From Bacillota bacterium (lineage in GTDB: Bacteria; Bacillota; Clostridia; Acetivibrionales; DTU013): a stretch of DNA of 64,000 nucleotides. A model generated the notes under the pieces. The model saw nothing but the letters and a program-made list of their open reading frames with translations. It did not search any database and had not been told where the DNA came from. Made by a program: the position numbers and the translations under genes. The stretch is taken from positions 1-64,000 of the forward strand of contig JAEYOP010000049.1 in NCBI GenBank assembly GCA_023411575.1, read 5' to 3'. How positions within the stretch are numbered: position 1 is the first letter of the stretch; every line of letters begins with the position of its first letter. Positions 27,074 through 36,900 of this stretch are shown in pieces.

Positions 27074-27839
27074 CTATCAAATCATGGAACAGGTCGGCGA
27101 CGTCGGCGGACAATCCGCTGAAAAACAGGGACTCTGCGACGGAACCTTTTTCAAACACCTTGTACTGGTCGATTTCGCAATCCTTGAACCGATAGATCAG
27201 GATGCTCTCCTGCCTTGTGTCAATGACCCAGTATTCCTTCACCCCGGCAAGCATATAGGTATTGAGTTTGTCGATCATGTCCCTGGACCGCGTGCTTTCC
27301 GAGAGAATTTCGACCACAAGGGTCGGAGTACCCATATAGCGGCCCTTTTCCGTCACGTTGTTTTCCAGGTCGCAGGCGACAAGAATGTCCGGCTGGAAGA
27401 CATCCGGTGTCTGGATGTCCTTTTTTTTCAGGCGGACGTCAAAGGGGGCCAGAAATACTCTGCATTTTTTTCCTTTAAAATAGGCATGGAAGAGCAGATG
27501 CAGTCTGCCGAGGAGCTCCTGGTGCCCTATATTCGGGGAAGAGAGCACAATAATTTCTCCATTGAGCAGTTCCATCCGCAGGGTGCTTTTCTCCGAAATC
27601 TCCAGGAACTCCTCATAAGAGACCTTTTTGCCGCCATACTGATAATCCAGCGCTCTTTCCTTCACCAGAAAATACTGCTCGATATCAGAGACATACGGGG
27701 TCAGCCGGGCAACCTTATTGCCGTTTTTTGTGATCACCACGTCATTTTGTTCCTCGACGTAATCCAGGTATTTTCCAAAATTCTGCTTGAGCTCGGTCGC
27801 GGTAACGGTAACGCCTTCCTTATAATTAGCGGACGTCAT
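27057..27839 (-). CDS. Fusion protein: N-terminal Phd/YefM-type antitoxin domain and C-terminal Uma2 (DUF820, PD-(D/E)xK-like putative endonuclease) domain
   Basis: N-terminus TATELKQNFGKYLDYVEEQNDVVITKNGNKVARLTP matches the Phd/YefM fold signature. C-terminal region SYEEFLEI...GEIIVLSSP...PDILVACD...TLVVEILSEST...EYWVID matches Uma2. RBS GAGGTGA before the internal Met; the track ORF is trimmed by 15 aa. Confidence 0.6.
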   Translation of the reverse strand: MTSANYKEGVTVTATELKQNFGKYLDYVEEQNDVVITKNGNKVARLTPYVSDIEQYFLVKERALDYQYGGKKVSYEEFLEISEKSTLRMELLNGEIIVLSSPNIGHQELLGRLHLLFHAYFKGKKCRVFLAPFDVRLKKKDIQTPDVFQPDILVACDLENNVTEKGRYMGTPTLVVEILSESTRSRDMIDKLNTYMLAGVKEYWVIDTRQESILIYRFKDCEIDQYKVFEKGSVAESLFFSGLSADVADLFHDLIEGMTE

Positions 27840-27944
27840 AAAATCACCTCTGCTGTAATTATATAGTAACAGACGGAATAACACAATAGAATCGTACGAT
27901 ATTTCCGAAACAATCGTACGAAATAAGATGCCGAAACGATCAAA

Positions 27945-28835
27945 TTAAATATTGTTTATGTGCAATTTGTGATAAGCCCTCCTGTATTCTCCCGGAGTAA
28001 TTTTCTCATACCGTTTAAACAGCTTCAGAAAGTACTTGTCATCGGCAAAACCAAGTTCCGAGGCGATTTCCAGGATATTTTTGTCCGACTCCACGAGAAG
28101 CTCCCTTGCCTTTGCGATCCTCATTTTATTAATGTATTCCTGTACGCCCATTCCCATATTTTTTTTAAAAAACCGTGAAAGGTATTCCCTGGAATAGTTG
28201 AATTCATATGCGACATTTTTAAGGCTTATCCTTTTGCTCAGATGCACCCTTATCCACTCTGTTATTTTGGAGAGCTTTTCGCTGCTCCTGGTCGCCGTAT
28301 CTGCCGATGAACCAAGGACCTGTTCTGTTAATTCCAGTATTAACGAGGTCAGTGAATAGTTTGAGCCCAAACCGGTGTAGTAGTGTGATTCTGAGATGTG
28401 CAGCAGCTGGTGAAACAAAATGCTGAGCCGCTCCATGTTAGTAACATGGAATTTCGTGGGCAGAAGGACTTTATCCGCAAGGCCGGTAAAATACGGATCA
28501 TTCTTGGCTAGAGTCAACAGCCGGTCAACTGCTTGAATTTCTTCAATTACGGATATCTTATCCTCCGATATGAAATGCAGCCAGTAAAAAGAGGTTCCCC
28601 TGGCAGAGGGGGCATACCCTTTATGCAAACACTCCGGCCGCAAAAGCAGCATGTCGCCCTCGTGCAGTTCGTACTTCTCTTCATTCTGCTGGATATACAC
28701 GATCCCTTTTACGACAATGATTATTTCAAAATTATCGATGATTCTCTCACTGTGAACCCAACTTTTGTTCGACTCAAATATGCCTGCGGATAAAAATTTC
28801 AAGGGCTTTTTTATATGGGCTTCAATATATTGCAT
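27945..28835 (-). CDS. AraC-family transcriptional regulator (cupin plus HTH)
   Basis: HTH block ...LKNVAYEFNYSREYLSRFFKKNMGMGVQEYINKMRIAKARELL...KYFLKLFKRYEKITPGEYR. Divergent from the GH127 gene. Confidence 0.8.
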   Translation of the reverse strand: MQYIEAHIKKPLKFLSAGIFESNKSWVHSERIIDNFEIIIVVKGIVYIQQNEEKYELHEGDMLLLRPECLHKGYAPSARGTSFYWLHFISEDKISVIEEIQAVDRLLTLAKNDPYFTGLADKVLLPTKFHVTNMERLSILFHQLLHISESHYYTGLGSNYSLTSLILELTEQVLGSSADTATRSSEKLSKITEWIRVHLSKRISLKNVAYEFNYSREYLSRFFKKNMGMGVQEYINKMRIAKARELLVESDKNILEIASELGFADDKYFLKLFKRYEKITPGEYRRAYHKLHINNI

Positions 28836-29064
28836 TGGTCAATATCCGCCACCTTTTATTTATTTTATCCACTTACAAACGGAACGCTTTTTGAGATACT
28901 TGTTATATCACCTATATGTTACTCAAAGTCGGCTTGATGTGCAATAATCAATATTTTGCACTTAACAATATTGTGAACCGATGAATAAAATTATTAAAAA
29001 CCAGGATAGACAACCCTTCATTTTTTTGTCATACTAATAATAGAAAAGGAGATCGTGACAAGTC

Positions 29065-31032
29065 ATGAGCAAATTATTGAATGCAACCCCCGCACCCTTG
29101 AAAAGCGTAACCGTTTCAGACCCTTTCTGGTCCCAGTATGTGGACCTTGTGAGAAATACGGTAATCCCCTACCAATGGGAGGCGCTGAACGACCGCATCC
29201 CCGATGCGGAGCCAAGCTATGCCGTCCGGAATTTCAAGATTGCGGCGGGACTGGAAAAAGGGGAGTTTGGCGGCCTGGTGTTCCAGGACAGCGATGTGGC
29301 AAAATGGCTGGAAGCCGTGGGATACAGCCTGGAGACCCATCCCGATCCCAAGCTGGAAGCGATTGCGGACGGAATCATCGAGATCATTGAAAAAGCCCAG
29401 CAGCCGGACGGGTACCTGGATACCTACTTTATCCTCAAAGAGCCCGAAAAGAGATGGACAAATCTTTACGAATGCCATGAGCTGTATGTGGCCGGCCACA
29501 TGATGGAAGCGGCCGTCGCGTATTACAATGCCACCGGAAAGCGGAAGCTGCTGGATGTGATGTGCCGTTTTGCCGATCACATCGATTCCGTTTTCGGACC
29601 GAAGCCGGAAAAGCGGAAGGGATACTGCGGGCACGAAGAGGTGGAGCTTGCGCTGGTCAAGCTGTACAAGGCCACGGGCAACGAAAAATATCTGAAATTG
29701 AGCAGCTATTTTATAGAGGAGAGAGGCAGGGAGCCCAGCTTCTTCCTGGAGGAATGGAAAAACACCCGGCAGGAGTATTCCTACTGGTCGATGAAAAAGG
29801 TCCCGGCGCCGGAGCTTCCCTACGTCCAGGCCCATAAGCCGGTCCATGAGCAGGAGGTGGCCGTCGGGCATGCCGTCCGGGCGGTCTATTTGTATACGGG
29901 GATGGCGGACATTGCGGCCGAAACGGGCGACGCGAAGCTTTTTGAAGCCTGCAGGCGGCTTTGGAAGAACATTACGGAACGGCAGATGTATGTCACCGGG
30001 GGCATCGGCTCCACCCATAACGGGGAGGCGTTCACCTTTGATTATGACCTGCCCAACGATACGGTTTATGCGGAATCCTGCGCTTCGATCGGGCTGATCT
30101 TCTTCGCCCACCGGATGCTGCAAATGGACCCGGACAGCGAATACGCGGACGTGATCGAACGTGCGCTTTACAATACGGTGCTGGGCGCCATGTCCCGCGA
30201 CGGAAAGCGCTTCTTCTATGTCAATCCCCTGGAGGTATGGCCGGAGGCCTCCGAAAAGAATCCGGACAGGCGCCATATCAAGCCGGTCCGGCAGAAATGG
30301 TTCGGGTGCGCCTGCTGCCCGCCCAATATCGCCAGGCTGCTGACCTCCCTGAATCAATACATCTATTCCGCCGGCGGGAATACCGTTTACACCCATCTCT
30401 ACATCGGCGGTGAAGCCGAATTGAGCGTTGGCGCGGGAGAAATCCGGCTCCGCCAGGAAAACAATTATCCGTGGGACGGCAAAATCCGGCTTCATGTTGA
30501 AGCGTCCACAGCGGGGACGGTCGCCCTGGCCCTGCGCATTCCCGGCTGGTGCCGGAAATGGTCCGTCGCGGTCAATGGGGAAAAAGCGGACGCGAGCGCG
30601 GAAATCGTAAAAGGCTATGCAAGGTTCACCCGGGACTGGAACGCCGGCGATGTCATCGAGCTTTCCATGGAAATGCCGGCGGAAGTGATACAGGCCAATC
30701 CGAAGGTGCGCGCCGATGCGGGCAGGATCGCCCTGCAAAGAGGGCCCCTGGTATACTGCCTGGAAGAGGCCGACAACGGGAAGAACCTGCCGGCGCTCTC
30801 CATCGACATCCGCTCCGGCCTGACCGAGGAATTGGATGAAACCCTGCCCCAGAGCATGGTGGCCATAAAGGGAAAGGCGGTGCGCGCCGGGGAGGAAGGC
30901 TGGGACGGCAATCTTTACAGGCCGTATGCGCCAAATGGGAAGAGCGTGGAGTTCAAAGCGGTTCCCTATTTTATGTGGGGCAACCGGGAGCCCGGGGAAA
31001 TGCTTGTCTGGGTTCGGGGAGGTTCCTTATGA
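29065..31032 (+). CDS. GH127 beta-L-arabinofuranosidase (HypBA1/DUF1680 family)
   Basis: 655 aa. DUF1680-type (alpha/alpha)6 N-terminus with the C-terminal beta-sandwich characteristic of GH127. Cys-rich motif GCACCPPNIARL (the zinc-binding cysteine cluster of HypBA1). Confidence 0.8.
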   Translation: MSKLLNATPAPLKSVTVSDPFWSQYVDLVRNTVIPYQWEALNDRIPDAEPSYAVRNFKIAAGLEKGEFGGLVFQDSDVAKWLEAVGYSLETHPDPKLEAIADGIIEIIEKAQQPDGYLDTYFILKEPEKRWTNLYECHELYVAGHMMEAAVAYYNATGKRKLLDVMCRFADHIDSVFGPKPEKRKGYCGHEEVELALVKLYKATGNEKYLKLSSYFIEERGREPSFFLEEWKNTRQEYSYWSMKKVPAPELPYVQAHKPVHEQEVAVGHAVRAVYLYTGMADIAAETGDAKLFEACRRLWKNITERQMYVTGGIGSTHNGEAFTFDYDLPNDTVYAESCASIGLIFFAHRMLQMDPDSEYADVIERALYNTVLGAMSRDGKRFFYVNPLEVWPEASEKNPDRRHIKPVRQKWFGCACCPPNIARLLTSLNQYIYSAGGNTVYTHLYIGGEAELSVGAGEIRLRQENNYPWDGKIRLHVEASTAGTVALALRIPGWCRKWSVAVNGEKADASAEIVKGYARFTRDWNAGDVIELSMEMPAEVIQANPKVRADAGRIALQRGPLVYCLEEADNGKNLPALSIDIRSGLTEELDETLPQSMVAIKGKAVRAGEEGWDGNLYRPYAPNGKSVEFKAVPYFMWGNREPGEMLVWVRGGSL

Positions 31033-31994
31033 GCAACAACGCGGAGGGAATGAGAATACCGAAAGCGCCCCTGTTCCGGGATCCAATCTATGATGGGGCC
31101 GCCGACCCCACCATTATCTGGAACAGGGAGGAAAAAAGCTGGTGGCTCCTTTATACAAACAGGCGGGCCACGGCGCCGGGAACCGGAGTGTGCTGGGTCC
31201 ACGGCACGGACATCGGCGTGGCCTCTTCCGACGACGGAGGGCAGAGCTGGCTGTACCGGGGCACGGTGTCGGGCCTGGAGTTCGAACCGGGCCGGAATAC
31301 CTTCTGGGCCCCCGAGGTGATCTGGCAGGAAGGGTTGTACCATATGTACGTCAGTTACGTCAGGGGGATTCCCGACTCCTGGAATTACGGCAGAAAGATC
31401 ATTCATTATACCAGTAAAAACCTGTGGGATTGGAAATTCGAAGCCATCCTGAAGCTTTCCTCCGACCGGGTGATCGACGCCTGTGTCTTCCAACTGCCCG
31501 GCGGCGTATGGAGGATGTGGTACAAGGACGAGAACAACAACAGTTATACCTATGCCGCGGAGAGCCGGGATCTGTACCATTGGGATGTAGTCGGCCCTTC
31601 CGTTACGGGCATTGCGCATGAAGGCCCCAACGTATTTTACTGGAAGAACCGGTACTGGATGATCGCCGATTTCTGGAAAGGGCTTATGGTTCTCCATTCC
31701 GGCAACGGCACGGACTGGACCCGGCAGAAGGACATCCTGGATATCCCGGGCGGCAGGCCGGACGACGGCGCGTACGGGCATCATGCCGATATCCTCGTGC
31801 AGGGCGAGAACGCATACCTATTCTACTTCACCCATCCGGGAGAAGGGAATCGTCAAAATCCGGACCGGGAAAGCTATGAATGGAAGCGGACCTCGCTGCA
31901 GGTAGCAAAACTGGAACTGCTGGAAGACGAACTGGCATGCAGGCGGGACGAGCCGTTTGACTTCTGCCTGGAGCCCGGACAGGACGGGTTTTGA
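31029..31994 (+). CDS. Five-bladed beta-propeller glycoside hydrolase (GH43-like)
   Basis: RDPIYDGAADPTIIWN and WAPEVIW blocks typical of GH43/GH32-clan propellers. ATGA overlap with the GH127 stop. RBS GGGAGG. Confidence 0.6.
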   Translation: MSNNAEGMRIPKAPLFRDPIYDGAADPTIIWNREEKSWWLLYTNRRATAPGTGVCWVHGTDIGVASSDDGGQSWLYRGTVSGLEFEPGRNTFWAPEVIWQEGLYHMYVSYVRGIPDSWNYGRKIIHYTSKNLWDWKFEAILKLSSDRVIDACVFQLPGGVWRMWYKDENNNSYTYAAESRDLYHWDVVGPSVTGIAHEGPNVFYWKNRYWMIADFWKGLMVLHSGNGTDWTRQKDILDIPGGRPDDGAYGHHADILVQGENAYLFYFTHPGEGNRQNPDRESYEWKRTSLQVAKLELLEDELACRRDEPFDFCLEPGQDGF

Positions 31995-32130
31995 GCAATT
32001 TAGTGCATATATTCAGCAATATGCTTCATTCTATCCTTCCGGCGGTTGCTCTATAATAAAAACGATATGCCTAAAGAACACCATGCTGTAGATGGCTGCA
32101 GTCATAATCGGATTTCACAGGAGGATATCA

Positions 32131-34518
32131 ATGGATCAGGCGCGAAGCATTCAAAAACTGAATCTGAATTGGAAATTTTACAGGGGAAATGAGCCGAAGG
32201 CTTGGTATAAAGGTCTTGACGACTCTGCATGGAAGGATGTCACCCTTCCGCACGACTGGTCGGTTGCGGAGCCCTTCAGCCGGGAGCATTCCAGCGGAAC
32301 CGGCTATTTGCCGGGCGGAACGGGCTGGTACCGGAAAGCCTTTTCTCTGCCGGAGGAGGCAAAAGGCAAAAAAGTCTATATTACCTTCGAAGGCGTCTAT
32401 AATAATTCACAGGTGTGGTGCAACAGCTATTATATCGGGAAGAGACCCTACGGCTACAGTACCTTTACCTATGACATCACGGATTTCGTGTCGTTCGGCG
32501 ACAACAGGAATGTGGTTTCCGTCAAGGTGGACCACAAGGATATCGCGGATTCCCGGTGGTTTACCGGGTCGGGCATTTACCGGGACGTATACCTGACGGT
32601 TACGGATCCGGTCCATTTCGACAACTATGGCGTCTTCGTCACGACGCCGGAGGTTTCGGCCAAACAGGCAACGGCCAATGTCAACATGCGCCTGTCCAAT
32701 GAAACGGACGCGGATGCGGAAGTGCGGATCAACGCCTTTCTCCTGGACGCAGAGGGAGCCACCGCTGCCGCGGCGCAGGTCACCAGGGCCCTTCCGGGAG
32801 GAGCGGGCGCGGAGATCGACCTGCAGCTCCACGTGGAGAATCCGGTATTGTGGTCCCCGGAAACGCCCTACCTGTATACGGTCGTAACGGAGATCGTCAG
32901 GAGCGGGAAAGTCGTTGATCAGGTGAAAACGCCGATCGGAATCCGGTGGTTTGAATTTGACGCTGGCCAGGGCTTTTTCCTGAACGGCGTCAACCGGAAG
33001 ATCAAAGGCGTTTGCGTCCATCACGACGCGGGCTGCCTCGGGGCGGCCGTACCGGAAAAGGTATGGGCAAGGAGGCTGAAGACCCTGAAGGAAATGGGCT
33101 GCAACGCTATCCGCATGAGCCACAACCCCCCGGCGGTGAACCTGCTGGACCTTTGCGACCGGATGGGCTTCCTGGTGATGGACGAAGCCTTCGACGAATG
33201 GGAAGGGGTCAAGAACAAGTGGTCCACGGGACATAATGTGTATCCGCCGAAGCATTTCGGCTATTATGAGGACTTCTCCCAGTGGGGCGAAACCGATATC
33301 AAGGAAATGGTCAAGCGGGACCGGAACCATCCCTCCATTATCCTCTGGAGCATCGGCAATGAAGTGGACTATCCCAACGATCCCTATTGCCATCCTTCTT
33401 TCCTGACCATGACCGGAAACAACGACGCCGACAAGCCGGCGGCGGAAAGGGAGTACGATCCCAACAAGCCCAATGCCGAAAGGCTTGCCGCCATAGCAAA
33501 ACGCCTTGTGAAGTATGTCAAGGAATGCGACACCTCCAGGCCCGTCACGGCTGCCGTAGCCTTCCCGGAATTGTCCAATCTGACCGGATATACGGACGCG
33601 TTGGATATTGTGGGGTATAACTATAAGGAAGAGTTTTACGAGGAAGACCACCGGAAATATCCGGGCAGGGTCCTTTATGGGAGCGAAAACGGCGCAAAGT
33701 ATGAAGCATGGCTTGCCGTAAGGGATAACGACTATATTTGCGGCCAGTTTATCTGGACCGGCGTGGATTTCCTCGGGGAAGCCAAAGGATGGCCGATCCG
33801 CATCTCCCAGGCCGGTTTTCTGGACCTGGCAGGGGTTGAAAAGCCGGCCTACTACTACAGGCAGAGCCTGTGGAGCGATGAGCCCATGGCCTATCTGATT
33901 TCCTGCAGGCAGGGTACCGCATTTTCCAATGAAAATCACCGGCTGGTTGCCGGCGGACCGCACTGGAACTGGCAGGCAGGGGAAAAGGTAGAGGTGCTGT
34001 GCTTTACCAACTGTGAGGAAGCGGAGCTGTTCATCAACGGTAAATCGGCGGGAATCCGCAGTCTGCAGGATTCGCCGCAGCAATACCTGGCCTGGGAAGT
34101 GGATTACCAGGAAGGCACCGTCTGTGTCATAGCGAAAACCCAAAAAGGGGAAAGCCGTACCTGTGAATTGAAGACCGTCTCCGAACCGGTGAAAATAGCC
34201 ATGCGCACGGATGCCGCGGAGCTTGCGGCCGACGGGCAGGACATCGCCCATGTTGAAATCCGGATCGCGGACGCGGCAGGACAGCCCGTTTACGGGGCGG
34301 ATAGCCTGATAAGGCTCTCCGTGGAAGGCCCCGGGGAAATCCTCGGGCTGGAGAACGGCGATCCCGCCGATCTGGAGCCCTATAGCTCCAGGCAGCGGAA
34401 GATATTCCGCGGGAAGCTCCTGGCCTATATCCGGGCCGGCACCGAAGCGGGCCGGATCACCGTAAGGGCGGAAGCTCCGGGCCTGGAACCGGCGGTTGTA
34501 AACATCGACATTCTATAG
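32131..34518 (+). CDS. GH2-family glycoside hydrolase (beta-galactosidase/beta-glucuronidase-like)
   Basis: Sugar-binding, Ig-like and TIM-barrel GH2 blocks (LPHDWS, WYRKAF, NAIRMSHNPP, WSIGNE). RBS AGGAGGA before the ATG at 32131. Confidence 0.85.
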   Translation: MDQARSIQKLNLNWKFYRGNEPKAWYKGLDDSAWKDVTLPHDWSVAEPFSREHSSGTGYLPGGTGWYRKAFSLPEEAKGKKVYITFEGVYNNSQVWCNSYYIGKRPYGYSTFTYDITDFVSFGDNRNVVSVKVDHKDIADSRWFTGSGIYRDVYLTVTDPVHFDNYGVFVTTPEVSAKQATANVNMRLSNETDADAEVRINAFLLDAEGATAAAAQVTRALPGGAGAEIDLQLHVENPVLWSPETPYLYTVVTEIVRSGKVVDQVKTPIGIRWFEFDAGQGFFLNGVNRKIKGVCVHHDAGCLGAAVPEKVWARRLKTLKEMGCNAIRMSHNPPAVNLLDLCDRMGFLVMDEAFDEWEGVKNKWSTGHNVYPPKHFGYYEDFSQWGETDIKEMVKRDRNHPSIILWSIGNEVDYPNDPYCHPSFLTMTGNNDADKPAAEREYDPNKPNAERLAAIAKRLVKYVKECDTSRPVTAAVAFPELSNLTGYTDALDIVGYNYKEEFYEEDHRKYPGRVLYGSENGAKYEAWLAVRDNDYICGQFIWTGVDFLGEAKGWPIRISQAGFLDLAGVEKPAYYYRQSLWSDEPMAYLISCRQGTAFSNENHRLVAGGPHWNWQAGEKVEVLCFTNCEEAELFINGKSAGIRSLQDSPQQYLAWEVDYQEGTVCVIAKTQKGESRTCELKTVSEPVKIAMRTDAAELAADGQDIAHVEIRIADAAGQPVYGADSLIRLSVEGPGEILGLENGDPADLEPYSSRQRKIFRGKLLAYIRAGTEAGRITVRAEAPGLEPAVVNIDIL

Positions 34519-34529
34519 AACGAAAAGAA

Positions 34530-34563
34530 ACGCCATCCCGCTTCGTGCCGGATGGCGTTTTTG
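34530..34563. terminator. Bidirectional terminator (aaacgccatcccgcttcgtgccggatggcgttttt)
   Basis: Perfect hairpin with flanking A- and T-runs, between the convergent GH2 and TM-AraC genes. Confidence 0.55.
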
Positions 34564-34580
34564 ACGTTCCGCTTTTTTTC

Positions 34581-36854
34581 TTACGCTGTCCCCGCGCTTT
34601 TCCGGAAATCGGCCGGCGTCACGCCGTTGAGCTTCTTAAAGGTTTTGAAGAAATAGGAGCAGTTGGCCAGCCCGATCTTTTCGGCGATTTTGGTGATGGG
34701 GTACTGGGTTTTCTGCAGCAGGTCCTTTGCCTTGTCCATCCGCACCTCCATGAGATAGTCGGGGATCGTTTTCAGCGTCTTCTGCTTGTAAAGTTTGCTG
34801 ATATAGGACGGACTCATGTTGAGCTTATCCGCTATGGTGTTCAGGCACAGGTCCGGGTTTTCATATTCCGCATAAATGATGTTGTTGATGCTGTGTACGA
34901 GATTTTCATGCTTCATGCTGCGTTTCCCGTCCAGCATCAGCTTCATTTCGTCAAAAAGCCGGAAGAACCTTCCGTTCACCTCTTCCAGGGTATCGATGGC
35001 GCCGGCGTTCAGGACGGAAATACGGATGTCCGGCTGGAAAAGCAGCGAATTGTTTTTGCATACGATATTGATGGTGTTCGATACGGTCAGGGCAAGATGG
35101 GAAACGACAAAGTTCACGACGGCGAAAGGATAGTTCACCGTATCATTGACAATTTCGCGATACAGGCTTTTCATCGTCTCCGTATCATAGCTGAGAATCG
35201 CTTCCATAAGCTGCTTTTCCTTCTGCATGGGATAAACATATTCCTTTTCTTTCAACCGCATAATGTCCTGCGACCGGATTATGCAGCTGTACCCGTAAAA
35301 CAGCCGGTGGTTGGACGCCTCAAGCAACTGGTTGTACAAGGCGGCTGCCTTTTCCATCAGCCCTTCGGCCGGACCTACGGTGATCGAGACGGAGGCATCG
35401 ACAAATTCCCGGATATGAGAGGGGAAGGAGAAAAGCAGCTCCCGGAATTCCGCACTTTCCAGGGCCATATCGTCGCCGTTGGGATTCAGGAGCAAAACAA
35501 TGCGGTCTTCTCCCATGTCCACGGCCTCCGCGGAGAAACGGGCGGAGCACAATTCCGCCGCGATATTGCCGATTCCGAACCGGTAAAGCTTCAGATCCTC
35601 TATACTGTGCTGCCGGGACAATTCTCCGTAGCGGTCGATCCGCAGCAGAACCATCAGCAGATTTCCTTCCGGCTGCAGGCAGATGTCGTATTCCCTGAAA
35701 TTTTTCTGCAGGGACGGAAGCCCGGTGGATTCCCTGCCCAGGAGCAGGTTGCTGAGGTACTCCTGCTTCAGGATCTTGTTCCGGTTGTACCGTTCCATCT
35801 CCAGCAGCTTCAGGTTGACGAGCTTTTTATCGATAGGGCGCGAGAGCTGCCTTGAAACGGCGAAGGCCAGCAGGAAGCTGAGCAGGAGAATGATCGAGCA
35901 GATGGTGATCAGGTGGTGGGTCATTTGCTCCACATCGCTGAAGATGACGTCATAGGGCGTTACCCGGATATACCGCCACCCGAGGGAGTCCGGGCTCGTG
36001 TAGGTGATAAAGGATTTTGTCCCGGATACGGAGTCGATGAGATAACCGGAGGTATCCGCATGGGAAAGGATATACTGGATATAGGACCTGGAGGAAAGAT
36101 CGGTCAGCATCCTGTCGTTCTTGCTATTGGAGGCCAGCCGGCCTGTGCTGTCGATAATGAAGGTATCGCTCAGGGGACTTTTCGCGCTGGCGGTCATCAC
36201 GTCATGGATCCAGCTTTCCGCGATGTTGACGAATACGACGCCGCTGCTGGTTTCATCATAGGCAAAAGGATCATAATAAAGGAAGGTATAGCAGCTATAG
36301 AATTCCGAGCCGGGAACATCAAAAGTAAAACACCGGGGTATGGGCTCGTAAATCCGGTATTGCTCGATATTGTCGATGAGCCGGATGATATCCCGGTCGG
36401 CGAAATTGGTTTTTTCGTGGGTACTTCCAAGCAGACCGTCGATATTCTTGTCCTCGTTGTTCGTACTGGCGAAAAAGGTTTCGGTAGAGCTGTTGTACAG
36501 GTAGATCGAGTCGATGAACGGCATGGACACCTTGTAGCTCCCAAGCTGGTTGATGGCGGGGGTAATGTCGTATACATCGGGTTCGGAGAAATAAAGCAGC
36601 TTGGAGATGTACAAATCCGAATAAATCTGGCTGGACAGGGTCCTTGCCATTTCCGTCATGGTGGAGACCTCGTTGCTGGTTTGCGCCATACTGTCCAGGT
36701 TGTCGGAGTATACGATGTTCCTGGCAATATCACGGAATTTTACATACAGCACCGAGGACGAAATAATGGTGGTGACAACAATACAGGTGATCAGGGACAG
36801 AAACAGCTTTATATACAGCTGGCTGTTCTTTTTCGTAAACAGTTTTTTGCGCAT
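34581..36854 (-). CDS. Membrane-anchored one-component AraC-family regulator (paralog of 15029..17380)
   Basis: TM1 (LFLSLITCIVVTTIISSSVLYV), a ~270-aa extracytoplasmic region, TM2 (LITICSIILLLSFLLAFAV), a cytoplasmic middle domain and a C-terminal AraC HTH (...SPSYISKLYKQKT...CSYFFKTFKKLNGVTPADFR). RBS GGAGGAATG. Confidence 0.8.
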   Translation of the reverse strand: MRKKLFTKKNSQLYIKLFLSLITCIVVTTIISSSVLYVKFRDIARNIVYSDNLDSMAQTSNEVSTMTEMARTLSSQIYSDLYISKLLYFSEPDVYDITPAINQLGSYKVSMPFIDSIYLYNSSTETFFASTNNEDKNIDGLLGSTHEKTNFADRDIIRLIDNIEQYRIYEPIPRCFTFDVPGSEFYSCYTFLYYDPFAYDETSSGVVFVNIAESWIHDVMTASAKSPLSDTFIIDSTGRLASNSKNDRMLTDLSSRSYIQYILSHADTSGYLIDSVSGTKSFITYTSPDSLGWRYIRVTPYDVIFSDVEQMTHHLITICSIILLLSFLLAFAVSRQLSRPIDKKLVNLKLLEMERYNRNKILKQEYLSNLLLGRESTGLPSLQKNFREYDICLQPEGNLLMVLLRIDRYGELSRQHSIEDLKLYRFGIGNIAAELCSARFSAEAVDMGEDRIVLLLNPNGDDMALESAEFRELLFSFPSHIREFVDASVSITVGPAEGLMEKAAALYNQLLEASNHRLFYGYSCIIRSQDIMRLKEKEYVYPMQKEKQLMEAILSYDTETMKSLYREIVNDTVNYPFAVVNFVVSHLALTVSNTINIVCKNNSLLFQPDIRISVLNAGAIDTLEEVNGRFFRLFDEMKLMLDGKRSMKHENLVHSINNIIYAEYENPDLCLNTIADKLNMSPSYISKLYKQKTLKTIPDYLMEVRMDKAKDLLQKTQYPITKIAEKIGLANCSYFFKTFKKLNGVTPADFRKSAGTA

Positions 36855-36900
36855 CGCATTCCTCCATGGATTCTTTGGGGCTTGTGCCGGTTTCCCGCCT

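Noticed and set aside
29116-34251. 540-aa and 614-aa minus-strand ORFs (29116-30738, 32407-34251)
   Set aside because: They are antisense to the GH127 and GH2 genes and have no recognisable motifs.
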